From: Candidatus Binatia bacterium
GTDB taxonomy: Bacteria > Desulfobacterota > Binatia > UBA9968 > CAXXLF01
Length of the DNA stretch: 64,000 bases
Assembly (NCBI GenBank): GCA_963664015.2
Contig: CAXXLF010000001.1
Coordinates: forward strand, 736,001-800,000
Direction of reading: 5' to 3'
Within the stretch, counting starts at the first letter, position 1. Each line of letters starts with the position of its first letter. Positions 40,679-51,038 of this stretch are shown in pieces. The notes under the pieces were generated by a model, which was given only the letters and a program-made list of their open reading frames with translations, ran no database searches and was not told the DNA's origin. The position numbers and the translations under genes are program-made.

Positions 40679-42136
40679 GTGATAGATGACCTGCGGACCT
40701 TTCTTGAAAATCTCGATCACTGCGGGGACCTCAAGCGGATCAGCGGCGCCGATCTCAATATTGAAATGGGGGCGATTTCCGAACTGTCCTTTCAACATCA
40801 CGGACCGGCCCTTCTCTTCGATCGAATCGATGGTTACCCCTCAAACTACCGCATCGCCTCCAACGTTTGCAGCACCAGGGAAAGGTCGCTGCGCGCCGTC
40901 GGCATGGATCCCCGACTATCCGAGGTCGACGCCATGCAGCAATTCAAAAGAAGATGGACCGCATACAAACCCATCGGCCCGATTTTTGTCAAAGACGGGC
41001 CATTGATGGAAAACACCCTGAGTGGCGAGGACGTCGATCTCTTAAAGATTCCCGTGCCCGTTTGGCATGAACTGGATGGGGGACCGTATATCGGCACGGG
41101 ACTGGCCGTCATCGTCAAGGACCCGGAAAGCGGTTGGGTCAATCTAGGGAGCTACCGTCTTCAGCGGCACGACCGTAACACCACGGGGATTTTCTCCGAA
41201 CCGGGCAATGACGGGACAAAGATTATGCGCAAGTACTGGGCCGCCGGTAAGGCGTGCCCTGTGGCGGTTTCCGTCGGCCCCGAACCCATCGTTTTTCTCA
41301 CTGCCTCCGGTTGTACGGGCTGCCCCAAGGGCTTCCCCGAGTACGACTATGCGGGATTCGTCATGGGAGAACCCATTTCTGTGATCGAAGGCCCGTTAAC
41401 GGGGCTACCCATTTCCGCCCATTCGGAAATTGCCTTCGAGGGGGAGATCCCCCCACCCCAGGAGGAGATGAGACCCGAAGGCCCCTTTGGCGAGTGGACG
41501 GGCTACTACATGGGCGGCTCTCTCCCCGAACCGGTTATCCGAGTCCAGGCCCTGTACCATAGAACGGATCCAATCCTCTTTGGAGCCTCACCCCTCAAGC
41601 CCCACGATGAAGCCTATTCATTCTCGCTGCCCATGTTGTTTGTCACAGGGTTATGGAGTCGCTTGGAGGGAATGGGTTTACCCATTCGCCGGGTGACGAA
41701 TCCGGTCAAGATGGGCGTGACCGTAATCAGCATTCACCAGCAGGGAAAAGACGATGTCGAGCTAACGATGAAGGCCTTAGAGCAGGTCGGTGGACCCCAC
41801 CGGCTTTTTATTCTGGTCGACGACGATGTTAATCCGGAGGATCCACGGGATGTGCTGTGGGCTGTCAGCACACGTTTCGACCCGAGTTCGGGGACCCGGG
41901 TCAGCACCACGGAAAGCGAATGGCTGCTGGATCCCTTACGCACCGTAGAGCAGCGAACCCAGCGTTCCCCCCAACCCTACAAGCGCCTGATCATCAACGG
42001 GTGTCGCCCCTATGAGCGCATCAAGGACTTCTCGAACGTTAACCTCCTCAGTGAAGGACGGTGCAACGAAACGTGGGAAAAATGGCAGATGCAGGATTGG
42101 ACGGATCGGCGAATCAAGGATCAATCAACGGATTAA
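40679..42136 (+). CDS. UbiD family decarboxylase
   Basis: GPALLFD, WHELDGGPYIGT, NLGSYR, EGPFGEWTGYY, VDDDV. Confidence 0.93.
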   Translation: MIDDLRTFLENLDHCGDLKRISGADLNIEMGAISELSFQHHGPALLFDRIDGYPSNYRIASNVCSTRERSLRAVGMDPRLSEVDAMQQFKRRWTAYKPIGPIFVKDGPLMENTLSGEDVDLLKIPVPVWHELDGGPYIGTGLAVIVKDPESGWVNLGSYRLQRHDRNTTGIFSEPGNDGTKIMRKYWAAGKACPVAVSVGPEPIVFLTASGCTGCPKGFPEYDYAGFVMGEPISVIEGPLTGLPISAHSEIAFEGEIPPPQEEMRPEGPFGEWTGYYMGGSLPEPVIRVQALYHRTDPILFGASPLKPHDEAYSFSLPMLFVTGLWSRLEGMGLPIRRVTNPVKMGVTVISIHQQGKDDVELTMKALEQVGGPHRLFILVDDDVNPEDPRDVLWAVSTRFDPSSGTRVSTTESEWLLDPLRTVEQRTQRSPQPYKRLIINGCRPYERIKDFSNVNLLSEGRCNETWEKWQMQDWTDRRIKDQSTD

Positions 42137-42152
42137 AAAAAAGGAGTCACCC

Positions 42153-43601
42153 ATGGGCTATAAGTCCCTCGGCGAATTTATCGATGCCGCGCGAGCAATC
42201 GGCGAAGTCAAGGTCATTCACGGCGCCGATCTCGATACTGAGGTCGGCTGTCTCACCGAGCTGGCAGCCGAGCAGAACGGACCATTACTACTGTTCGACC
42301 AGTTCAAAGGGTTTCCGACGGATTTTCGCATTGCCAGTAACGTTGTCCGCAACAGCCGGCGTCGCTATGCCCTGGCCGTCGGCTTACCAGTGGACGCCCA
42401 TCCGATTGAATTGGTGCGAAAACTCAGGGAACAGCGGCACACTCAGAAACCCTTCCCCCCCGTAGAAGTCAACGACGGCCCCGTGCTCGAGCATCGGCTC
42501 ACTGGCGAAGACGTCGATGTCGAGAAGTTTCCGGCTCCCAAGTGGCATTCGGGTGATGGTGGGCGATATATCGGGACCGGTGATATTGTTATAATGCGGG
42601 ACCCCGAGTCCGGCTGGATCAATTTCGGGACCTATCGGGTCTCCGTACAGGGAAAAGACCGACTCAGCATCTGGATCATCAAGCACAAGCGCGGTCGTAT
42701 CATTGCCGAAAAGTACTGGGCCAATGGGCAGCCCTGCCCGGTTGCAGTTGTCGTTGGTTGCGACCCGCTGACCTTTATGTCGGGCACGAGCCGATTGAAA
42801 TACGATCACGCGGGGGCCCTGCACGGTGCCTCGGTAGAAGTCGTCAAGGCACCGCTAACAGGACTGCCAATCCCAGCGCATGGGGAACTCGTATTCGAGG
42901 GGGAAATCCCCTCGCCCGAGGAGGAAAGTGTCCAAGAGGGTCCCTTTGGCGAATGGCCAGGCTACTATGCCCATAGCGATCGGGAATGCGTGGTTCGGGT
43001 GAAACAAATCGTGCACCGGAACTCTCCCATCGTCAACGGGAGCCCCCCTCTGCGGCCCCTGCTTGGATTTCGTGATGACGCGCCAACTCTGCCAATAGCC
43101 ATATGGGACCATCTCGATCGATCGGGCATTTCTGATGTGGTTGGAGTCTGGGGGCATGCTAACTCGCTCATGATTGTCGTGGCCTTGAAGCAGCGCTACG
43201 CCGGCCATGCCCAGCAAGCACTCATTGCCACCGCGGGGCTACGCAGTTCGGCCAGTATGAACACCTACTTTGTCACCGTTGATGAGGATATCGATCCTTC
43301 TGATTTGAGGGACGTTCTATGGGCCATGTGCACGCGGGTCAACCCGTCTACTGCCGTGGACGTTATCAATAACGCCTGGACCAGCGACCTCGATCCAAGG
43401 CTGACACCGGAGCAAAAATCCTCCGGAGACTACACCATGGGACGATTGCTGATCAATGCGTGCAAGCCCTTTGCATGGAAGGATTCTTTTCCCAAGACCA
43501 ATATCTTCACCGCCGAAGAACGAAAGCACGTCCGGGAGAGATGGACCGGGGTGCTCCAGGAGATCGAGGAGCAAGCCAGGAAGAACACCCAGACCCGCTA
43601 A
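42153..43601 (+). CDS. UbiD family decarboxylase
   Basis: RBS AAGGAG before ATG 42153; DGGRYIGT, NFGTYR, EGPFGEWPGYY, KQRYAGHA, VDEDIDP. Confidence 0.95.
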   Translation: MGYKSLGEFIDAARAIGEVKVIHGADLDTEVGCLTELAAEQNGPLLLFDQFKGFPTDFRIASNVVRNSRRRYALAVGLPVDAHPIELVRKLREQRHTQKPFPPVEVNDGPVLEHRLTGEDVDVEKFPAPKWHSGDGGRYIGTGDIVIMRDPESGWINFGTYRVSVQGKDRLSIWIIKHKRGRIIAEKYWANGQPCPVAVVVGCDPLTFMSGTSRLKYDHAGALHGASVEVVKAPLTGLPIPAHGELVFEGEIPSPEEESVQEGPFGEWPGYYAHSDRECVVRVKQIVHRNSPIVNGSPPLRPLLGFRDDAPTLPIAIWDHLDRSGISDVVGVWGHANSLMIVVALKQRYAGHAQQALIATAGLRSSASMNTYFVTVDEDIDPSDLRDVLWAMCTRVNPSTAVDVINNAWTSDLDPRLTPEQKSSGDYTMGRLLINACKPFAWKDSFPKTNIFTAEERKHVRERWTGVLQEIEEQARKNTQTR

Positions 43602-43685
43602 TGGCCTAAGGGGTTTCGCCTGGGAACCTATCTAGTCGCGTTGTGCTCAATCAGGCCGGACTTTTATTTGGGTCCGAGTTCAGCT

Positions 43686-45131
43686 TTACTCCAGCTCCTT
43701 TTTCCATTTCTCGGTTATTCGATCGCGCAACTCAGGGCTCAACTTATTGACCGGGGGAAACTGGTCAATCCAGGCGTAAGGTCGGCAAGCGTTGATGATG
43801 GCCCGACTATTAACATAGTCGTTTGCCTCCCTTTTGGCCGGTGGCAAGGTAGGATCCAGCGGTGTACTCCAACAACCGTCCACAACCGTCATGGCCGTTT
43901 TCGGGTCGCAACGGGTCGAGATAGCCCAGATCACCTCTCCCAGATCCGTCGGATCGATATCCTCATCAACCACCACTATGAATCGGCCATGGTAGTTTCC
44001 GGCACGAGAGGCCAGGGCGGCCAACGCCGCCTGTTGGGCGTGTCCGTGATACCGCTGTTTGAGCGAGACTACGAAAAATGGAGCACCGCCACCCGGAGCC
44101 GAACCGCCACAGAAGGCCCACACACCTTGAATATCCGGCACGTCGGCCTTCTCCAGGTAGTTCCAGATAGCCGCCGCTCCGATGGGGACTCCAAACGTCA
44201 GACTAGGCGGTCTCAAGGGCGGCGCCCCTGCGATAATGGGATTGTTCCGAAAATAGAGCGCCTTGACTCGTATGATGGGCTCCGTCTTCGCCCCATGGGC
44301 ATAGTAGCCCGGCCATTCGCCAAAGGGACCCTCGACGCGACTCTCTTCACTAGGTGGAGGAACCTCGCCTTCAATGGCGATTTCCGCGTGTGCTGGAATC
44401 GGTAGACCTGTGACCTTTCCACGTACAACCTCGACGGGTTCCTGACGTAACCCCCCGGCATAATCAAACTCGGATACCCCGAAGGGAACCGATAGCCCTG
44501 CAGCAAGCCACATGGTCGGGTCCTGGCCGAAGGTCACCGCCACCGGGCAGGCCTTTCCCCTGGCCCAGTACTTTTCCCGAATGATACGAGCGTGATGTCC
44601 CGGAGAGATATAGGTTCCCAGGATTTGTTTGTCGTGGACCTGGACACGGTAAATCCCTACGTTGACGTAGTCGTTGTCCGGGTCACGTGTGATGACACAG
44701 CATCCCGTTCCGATATATCGACCGCCGTCCTGTTCATGCCAACGGGGCGTAGGAAAGGAGGTCATATCTATATCCCCACCGGTACGCTCGTTTTCCAACA
44801 AGGGGCCGTCCGAGACGAATTTCGGCGGGATGGGTTTCAGATCGGCAAGGATCTCACGCCATCGCCACACAATATCTCGCTTGGATGCGTTTGGGGACAT
44901 CCCGACCATCAAGGCTGCCCGGCGCGGGTGCAGAACCAAATTGGACGCCACCCGAAATTGGGCTGGATAGTCGGGTATCTGATCGAACAAAAGCAGCGGG
45001 GACGGTTCCCGATAGGCAAAGATCTCGGTCAAGGCACCGATCTCCAGGTCCCAGTGGGCACCATGGATTTCTTTGACTTCCCCTATCTCCTTCGCCGCAT
45101 CGATGAATTCTCGCAAATCTTTAAACGCCAT
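43686..45131 (-). CDS. UbiD family decarboxylase
   Basis: FKDLREF, DGGRYIGT, NVGIYR, EGPFGEWPGYY, KQRYHGHA, VDEDIDP. Confidence 0.95.
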   Translation of the reverse strand: MAFKDLREFIDAAKEIGEVKEIHGAHWDLEIGALTEIFAYREPSPLLLFDQIPDYPAQFRVASNLVLHPRRAALMVGMSPNASKRDIVWRWREILADLKPIPPKFVSDGPLLENERTGGDIDMTSFPTPRWHEQDGGRYIGTGCCVITRDPDNDYVNVGIYRVQVHDKQILGTYISPGHHARIIREKYWARGKACPVAVTFGQDPTMWLAAGLSVPFGVSEFDYAGGLRQEPVEVVRGKVTGLPIPAHAEIAIEGEVPPPSEESRVEGPFGEWPGYYAHGAKTEPIIRVKALYFRNNPIIAGAPPLRPPSLTFGVPIGAAAIWNYLEKADVPDIQGVWAFCGGSAPGGGAPFFVVSLKQRYHGHAQQAALAALASRAGNYHGRFIVVVDEDIDPTDLGEVIWAISTRCDPKTAMTVVDGCWSTPLDPTLPPAKREANDYVNSRAIINACRPYAWIDQFPPVNKLSPELRDRITEKWKKELE

Positions 45132-45343
45132 TATTTCCTCCTTAACTTTTCCGTCTGAGGATTGCCCTTAGTCAGTTCTATCGTTCCCTTCGCATCCTTT
45201 GTATTCAATTGGATGGGTCCCTTCCGACCGTTCAGCACAGCTCGGTCCCACAGGCAGCTTGGTGCACCTAGCATCGCGCGCCGCGTTTCCCGATTTTCCT
45301 TGGCCTCCTCTCCCAGTTGCCTCCCCTCTAATCCCGGATAGGC

Positions 45344-45532
45344 CTATTGCCCGATCCAGTTCAAAACGAGGTCCTGGGGTACGGATATCATTCCCGCCGG
45401 CCACGGGATATGCAATATATAATGAAAGATCCCGAGAAGGAACAACACCATGATCGCCGTGTACACGAGGGATAAACCAACCGTCTCCCGAGCTTGGACG
45501 ATAAGATAAGAAAAGACAAAGAGTGGCACCGT
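45344..45532 (-). pseudogene. C-terminal remnant of a TctB-like membrane protein
   Basis: VPLFVFSYL..GIFHYILHIPWPAG resembles the TctB C-terminus and begins immediately after the LLM stop, with no RBS. Confidence 0.6.
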
Positions 45533-45533
45533 G

Positions 45534-46517
45534 TCATTTAATCTTGGGCAACACCTCTTTGGCCATCATCTCCATTGAGTCCAGCGCCTTCTGTTGATCC
45601 ATAGTGGCAAAGTTCATCATAAAGATGATGTAGTTGGTCCCCGTGGCTTTGATCTCCTCAATCTGCTCAATGCAGTGTTGAGGATCCCCGACCATGAGTA
45701 TCTGATCCCGAAGCATCTCATCATAATTGCGGGGCCTGATGTGAAGTCGGTGCCGATAAAACGAATCCATAGGTTCCCTGGCATTTTTATGGGCCTCATC
45801 ATTGGATTGGGCAACATGCGCATGGAAGCACTGGACGACATCGAAGGCATTCGGATCACGCCCTGAGGCTTCAAGAGTGTCCCGATAAAATTGGACGTTG
45901 CCCCGGATATCCGCGATGTTCTTGCACGTGGCATAGGGGATACCGAGGATCGGGTATCCCCTTTCGCCGGCGAATTTATACGATGCCTGGCTGAGACAGG
46001 CAACAAAGATGGGAGGACCCGGCCGTTGGAGAGGGATGACGTTTACAAAGGTCTCCTCAATCTTTTTGTGATTCCCCTGGTAGGCGACCTTGCCCTCACG
46101 CCAGGCCATTTCTACCACATCCAGGCATTCGATGAAGAGATCCCGGTTGTCCCCCTTGACTCTAAAGCCGACGAATTCGTCTGGGGTTCCCCGTCCCACA
46201 CCGAAATCAAGGCGTCCCCCGCTTATCACATCGACCATAGCGTAATCTTCCGCGACAAAGAGGGGATTCCGATAAGGAAGAAGACTGACCGCAACCCCGA
46301 GCCTGATCTTTTCAGTACTCTTGGCTGCAACGGACATGAGAACTGGGGGCGACGGGATGATTCCGAAAAAATCGAAATGGTGCTCACCGAACCAAAAGCA
46401 CTCATACCCGAGTTGTTCGGCCCACTGCACCTGTTCGATCATCTCATCGTAATAGTCCTTCAGTGGTTTCTTAAGCTCTGGATCGCTGTCGCCGATCAAA
46501 AAGATTCCGAATTTCAT
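45534..46517 (-). CDS. LLM class (luciferase-like) flavin-dependent oxidoreductase
   Basis: MKFGIF start at 46517, FWFGEHH, AEDYAMVDVISGGRLDFGVGRG. Confidence 0.93.
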   Translation of the reverse strand: MKFGIFLIGDSDPELKKPLKDYYDEMIEQVQWAEQLGYECFWFGEHHFDFFGIIPSPPVLMSVAAKSTEKIRLGVAVSLLPYRNPLFVAEDYAMVDVISGGRLDFGVGRGTPDEFVGFRVKGDNRDLFIECLDVVEMAWREGKVAYQGNHKKIEETFVNVIPLQRPGPPIFVACLSQASYKFAGERGYPILGIPYATCKNIADIRGNVQFYRDTLEASGRDPNAFDVVQCFHAHVAQSNDEAHKNAREPMDSFYRHRLHIRPRNYDEMLRDQILMVGDPQHCIEQIEEIKATGTNYIIFMMNFATMDQQKALDSMEMMAKEVLPKIK

Positions 46518-46563
46518 CTTCCCCCGGTTTATTCCACAATTTTTGGGCTCTCTGCATCTATAA

Positions 46564-47358
46564 ACCGACTTTCCCGGAGTGGCAACCATGTTCCGCCGTC
46601 TCCTAGGCTCCCCCGCGTTCCCTGCGACGGACCTATCGAGTCTTCGCCTTGGCGTTTTCGGGGCCGCCCCCTGCCCTTGGGACTTGGCACGGGAATGGAA
46701 AGAACGAACCAGGACCAGAATTTTACGGGGATACGGGATGACCGAGCTCTTTCGCCCGATTTCTCACCTTGCCTCTGAATCGATGGAGCTTCCGGAGGCT
46801 GTGGGTCGACCGGTACCAGGCGTCGAGATCCGCATTGTGGATGATACCGGGGGATCGGTTCCGGTTGGACAGATCGGTGAGCTCTTGATCAAGAGCCCTG
46901 CGACAATGGCCGAATACCTGAACAACCGGTCAGATACACAAGCTGTTCTAGTCGACGGCTGGTTTAGCACTGGCGACCTTGCTTTGCTTTTACAGGACGG
47001 ATTCGTTCAAATTGCGGGGCGAAAGGAAGAGAGGATCCTCCGCGGGGGCTATTCCATCTTTCCCCAGGAAGTGGAGGCCGTCCTGCTCTCACATCCGGCA
47101 ATCGCCGAGGCCGGCGTGGTTGGCATCCCCAGTCCGGACATAGGAGAGGAGGTCGCGGCGTTTATTACCCTTAAACAAGGGGTAAGGGCCACCGTCGAAG
47201 AAATTGAGGCCCACTGCAAGGAACACCTTGCCGGGTACAAGTATCCGCGGCAGATTACGATTCTGGAAAGCCTCCCTAAAGGAACCACGGGAAAGATTAT
47301 CAAATCACGCCTAAGGAACCAGCCCCTTTCTGGACCAACCCAAAAGTCGTCGCCTTAA
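46564..47358 (+). pseudogene. 5'-truncated acyl-CoA synthetase (AMP-binding) fragment
   Basis: GYGMTE, STGDL, GRKEE and LPKGTTGKI are present. The N-terminal half with the TSGTTG P-loop is absent, and an in-frame TAA precedes TDFPGVATMF. Confidence 0.85.
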
Positions 47359-47487
47359 TCTTAGCTCTGTAAACGTTCGGGATGAGAGCATAGAGGTCCC
47401 GACCCTTGAGTTCGAGGTCATTTGACATCACATCCCCTAATCGATAGGCTTTCACGAAACTCAGCTCCGGAACGGAAGCAACTAGCA

Positions 47488-48777
47488 ATGGCTCAGACCT
47501 CCCGAGAATTTCAAATATTTGCCAAACCCGTTGGCGCCATATGCAATCTGGACTGCCACTATTGCTACTACTTGAAAAACGAAGATTTCTACCCAAAAGG
47601 GTCCTTTCGGATGCCCGACGATGTATTGGAGAAATACATCGTCCAGACCATCGAAGCCACACCGACTCCGATCATTCGCTTTTCCTGGCACGGCGGCGAG
47701 CCCACTCTCCTGGGTTTGGACTTCTTTCGTAAGACCGTCGAATTACAAAAAAAGCATCAGCCGTTCGACCGAAAGATTCTCAACGGGATCCAGACCAATG
47801 GGGTCACCCTCAACGACGAATGGTGCCGCTTTTTTAAAAACGAAGGCTTTCATGTTGGCATCAGCATCGACGGCCCCAAGGAATTGCACGATCTGTATCG
47901 GGTAACCAAAGGCCAAAAACCAACCCACAAATCGGTCATGCAAGGATACCGCCTTTTACGCCAGCACCATGTCCCGGTGGACCATCTCTGCGTGATCAAC
48001 GACCAAAATGTCCGCCACCCCACGGCGGTGTACCGATTCTTCAAAGAGATCGGCGCCGAATACCTTACGTTTTTACCCCTGGTGGAGCGAAGCAAGGAAA
48101 CCGAAAGCGGGGTGAGCACACGCACGGTGCCGGCTGAAGCCTTCGGCACATTTCTTTGCACGGTCTTCGACGAGTGGGTCCGAAAGGATGTCGGCCGGAT
48201 CATGGTACAGATCTTCGATGAAGCGGCACGGTCGGCCTACGGCCTTGAACACGCGCTCTGCATTTTTCGGGAAACCTGCGGTGACGTACCTGTCCTAGAA
48301 CATAACGGGGACCTTTTCTCCTGCGATCACTTCGTCGACCATCCCTACCATTTGGGGAATATTCAGGAGGCCTCCCTGACCACAATGATCGAGAGCGAGC
48401 AACAAAAAAAGTTCGGCGAAGACAAGCGAGACACGCTGCCTCGCTACTGCAGGGAGTGTGAGGTACGCGCTCAGTGTAACGGCGGCTGCCCTAAGGACCG
48501 TTTCATTCGAACTCCCGACGGTGAAGAAGGGCTCAACTACCTCTGTGCGGGCTTCAAAAAGTTTTTCAACTATAGCCTTCCATTTTTGGAGAAGATGGTT
48601 TCCTTGGATGTCGCCGGCGAACCCCTAGAGAAGCTCATGACCGCCGTACGAGCCGAAGATGCCGCCAAGGCATCAAACAGCCCCCGCCGTAATGATCCCT
48701 GCCCCTGCGGTAGTGGTCAAAAGTACAAAAAATGCTGCGCCAGTAAGCAGTCTCCGTACACCCCTACTACACTCTAA
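47488..48777 (+). CDS. Anaerobic sulfatase maturase-like radical SAM/SPASM protein with a C-terminal SEC-C motif
   Basis: CNLDCHYC, WHGGEP, SCDHFV, CRECEVRAQCNGGCPK, NYLCAG, RNDPCPCGSGQKYKKCC; TTGACA-17-TAGGCT promoter at 47422. Confidence 0.93.
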   Translation: MAQTSREFQIFAKPVGAICNLDCHYCYYLKNEDFYPKGSFRMPDDVLEKYIVQTIEATPTPIIRFSWHGGEPTLLGLDFFRKTVELQKKHQPFDRKILNGIQTNGVTLNDEWCRFFKNEGFHVGISIDGPKELHDLYRVTKGQKPTHKSVMQGYRLLRQHHVPVDHLCVINDQNVRHPTAVYRFFKEIGAEYLTFLPLVERSKETESGVSTRTVPAEAFGTFLCTVFDEWVRKDVGRIMVQIFDEAARSAYGLEHALCIFRETCGDVPVLEHNGDLFSCDHFVDHPYHLGNIQEASLTTMIESEQQKKFGEDKRDTLPRYCRECEVRAQCNGGCPKDRFIRTPDGEEGLNYLCAGFKKFFNYSLPFLEKMVSLDVAGEPLEKLMTAVRAEDAAKASNSPRRNDPCPCGSGQKYKKCCASKQSPYTPTTL

Positions 48778-48984
48778 ATAATATCGATATATCCATATAG
48801 CCCAGATCGGGTTGTCGCCGAGACAGCAACCGTCTGTAACGGGTGGTACATTTGGGGGATTTGATTGGTCAAATTGGACGTCCATTAGGGATAAAACCCC
48901 TCAAAGACAAGAGGCTTACTATCTGGCACTCCTTTTGCGTGAAGAAGCCTTAAGCAACCTGGAGACGGGACAGCCTGAGCACAG

Positions 48985-49395
48985 GGCAAAAAAATCCTTA
49001 TTGTCGAAGATAGTGTCGACATCATGGAGTTCGTAAAGGAACTCCTGCAATCACTTTCATACGAGACGGTGATTGCTACCGATGGCAAACAGGCCGTGGA
49101 CAGGGCTTCCGCGCACTTACCGGATCTGATCCTGATGGACGTCGTCCTACCCTAAATGAACGGACTCGATGCGGCCCGGCGGATCCGTCAAAACCAACAG
49201 TGCCAGTCGATCCCGATTATCGCGATGACCGCTCCGGTGCTTCCCGAGGCAAGGGAACAGTGCCTCCAGAGCGGCTGCAATGACTACATTTCCAAGCCGT
49301 TTTCACCCAAGCAACTTCTCTCCCGAATTCAAAAGCTGCTGCCAAAACATGAAGCCGCCAAAAGGAAAACTTCAAACCCTATTACCCAGCCCTGA
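48985..49395 (+). pseudogene. Response regulator receiver (DivK/CheY-like), interrupted
   Basis: ILIVEDS..PDLILMDVVLP*MNGLDAARRIR..IIAMTA..DYISKPF with TAA at 49153-49155. Probable frameshift in the A7 run 48988-48994. Confidence 0.85.
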
Positions 49396-49598
49396 CTACC
49401 GGCCATAGGTGTTTTCCTCCTCCCCCCGGCTTTTTAATTTTCAAACCCCAATTCCATACCAGCTCATTGCCACCGCTCTTCCATAGTTCGGGGCGCACAA
49501 CCTTCATATTAGGCAATGGGGTTGCTCCTCTATGCGCATTGCAATCGAGATCTCCCGGTTTCAGTTTATTCGTTAGCGATGGGCCCTGAGGAGGTATC

Positions 49599-51016
49599 AT
49601 GAACCGGGAAGTAGAAGTTGCCATTTTTGGAGCGGGGATCGCCGGCATTTCGGCCGTTCGTGAGGTCCGAAGGATCACTCAGGACTACGTGATCATTAAC
49701 GGCGGGCACTACGGCACCACCTGTGCGCGGGTGGGATGTATGCCTTCAATGGTTTTGATTCAGGTAGCTAACGATTTCCATCGTCGTCATATTTTTTCGA
49801 CTCTGGGAATCCACGGTGGGGAGAATCTTGCAGCCGATATTCCCGCAGTCCTGCGCCACTCCCGCCCCTCAGGGATCGCTTCGTCGGCAGTGTGATGAAA
49901 GACATGGAAGAGTTGGGATATCATAACATTCAAGGATACGCCGAGTTTGTCGAGCCCAATGTGCTAGAAGTGGACACTATGATCCTGTAGGCAGACAGAA
50001 TTGTCCTGGCGACCGGATCACGGCCCTTCATTCCCCCACCGTGGCAACCTTTTGCTTCACGTTTGATAACCAGCGACGATTTTTTCGAACGCGACGATCT
50101 ACCGCCGACTCTGGCCATGGTCGGTCTCGGAATCATAGGATTGGAACTGGATCAGGCGTTGCACCGTTTACGCATCAAGACAACCTGCGTGGGCCGAAAC
50201 AAATTCATCGGTGGCCTGACTGATCCGAATGTAAATAAATATGCGATCGCTGCGATGAGCCGGGAAATGGACTTTTACCCAGGCCAGGAGTCCGAGATAG
50301 AACCCAATGAAGACAAGTTTAGCGTCACTTTTGGAGACCGGAGTGTTGTCGTGGACGGTATCCTGGCAGCCCTGGGGCGAAGGCCTACCCTAGAGGGCCT
50401 TGGGATGGAAAAGCTCGGAGTCAAACTCGACGCCCATGGACTCCCTCCGTTCAATACCCAGACCATGCAAATAGGAAACTTCCCCATATTTCTGGCGGGT
50501 GACATGAAAGGAGAACGACCAACCTTGCATGAGGCTGCAGACGAGGGTCGTATCGCCGGATATAATAGTGTCCGCCAGGTTCCCTCTACGTTCAGCCGCC
50601 GGGCCCGTCTGAACATCACCTTCTCTCATCCGAACATAGCGGTAGTTAGCCGCTCCTATGCCAGCCTTAAAGACACGACTTACTCCATTGGCGAGGTAAA
50701 ATTCGATGGCCAGGGACGATCACTCGTAATGGCGGAGAACTCGGGCACCTTGAGGGTCTATGGGGACACTCAATCGGGTAAATTACTGGGCGCAGAGATG
50801 ATGGCCCCAGCCGGGGAACACCTCGCCCATCTCTTCTCTTGGGTCATCCAAAGAGACTTGACTGTTTTTGAGGTCGTGCAATTGCCCTATTATCACCCGG
50901 TGGTTGAGGAGGGCCTGCGTACTGCCTTACGAGACCTGGCAAGGAAGGTAGAATCGACCCGTCCCCAATTTGAGTTGGCCCTTTGCGGAGAGAGTGGAAT
51001 CGAATGTTTGAGCTGA
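49599..51016 (+). pseudogene. Dihydrolipoamide dehydrogenase-like flavoprotein disulfide reductase, interrupted
   Basis: GAGIAG, GTTCARVGCMPS, ATGSRP and YYHPVVEE motifs; frameshift near 49865 and TAG at 49988-49990. Confidence 0.88.
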
Positions 51017-51038
51017 GTTCGGAATTGGAAACCGACGC

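Noticed and set aside
13844-46778. Long antisense ORFs such as 13844-14587, 29717-30382, 31408-32217, 43641-44405 and 45891-46778
   Set aside because: They are shadow frames opposite well-supported genes and carry no motifs.
49510-49598. Fluoride riboswitch-like GGCAATGGGGTT
   Set aside because: No GCTGATGAC-type 3' block, and the downstream gene is not fluoride-related.
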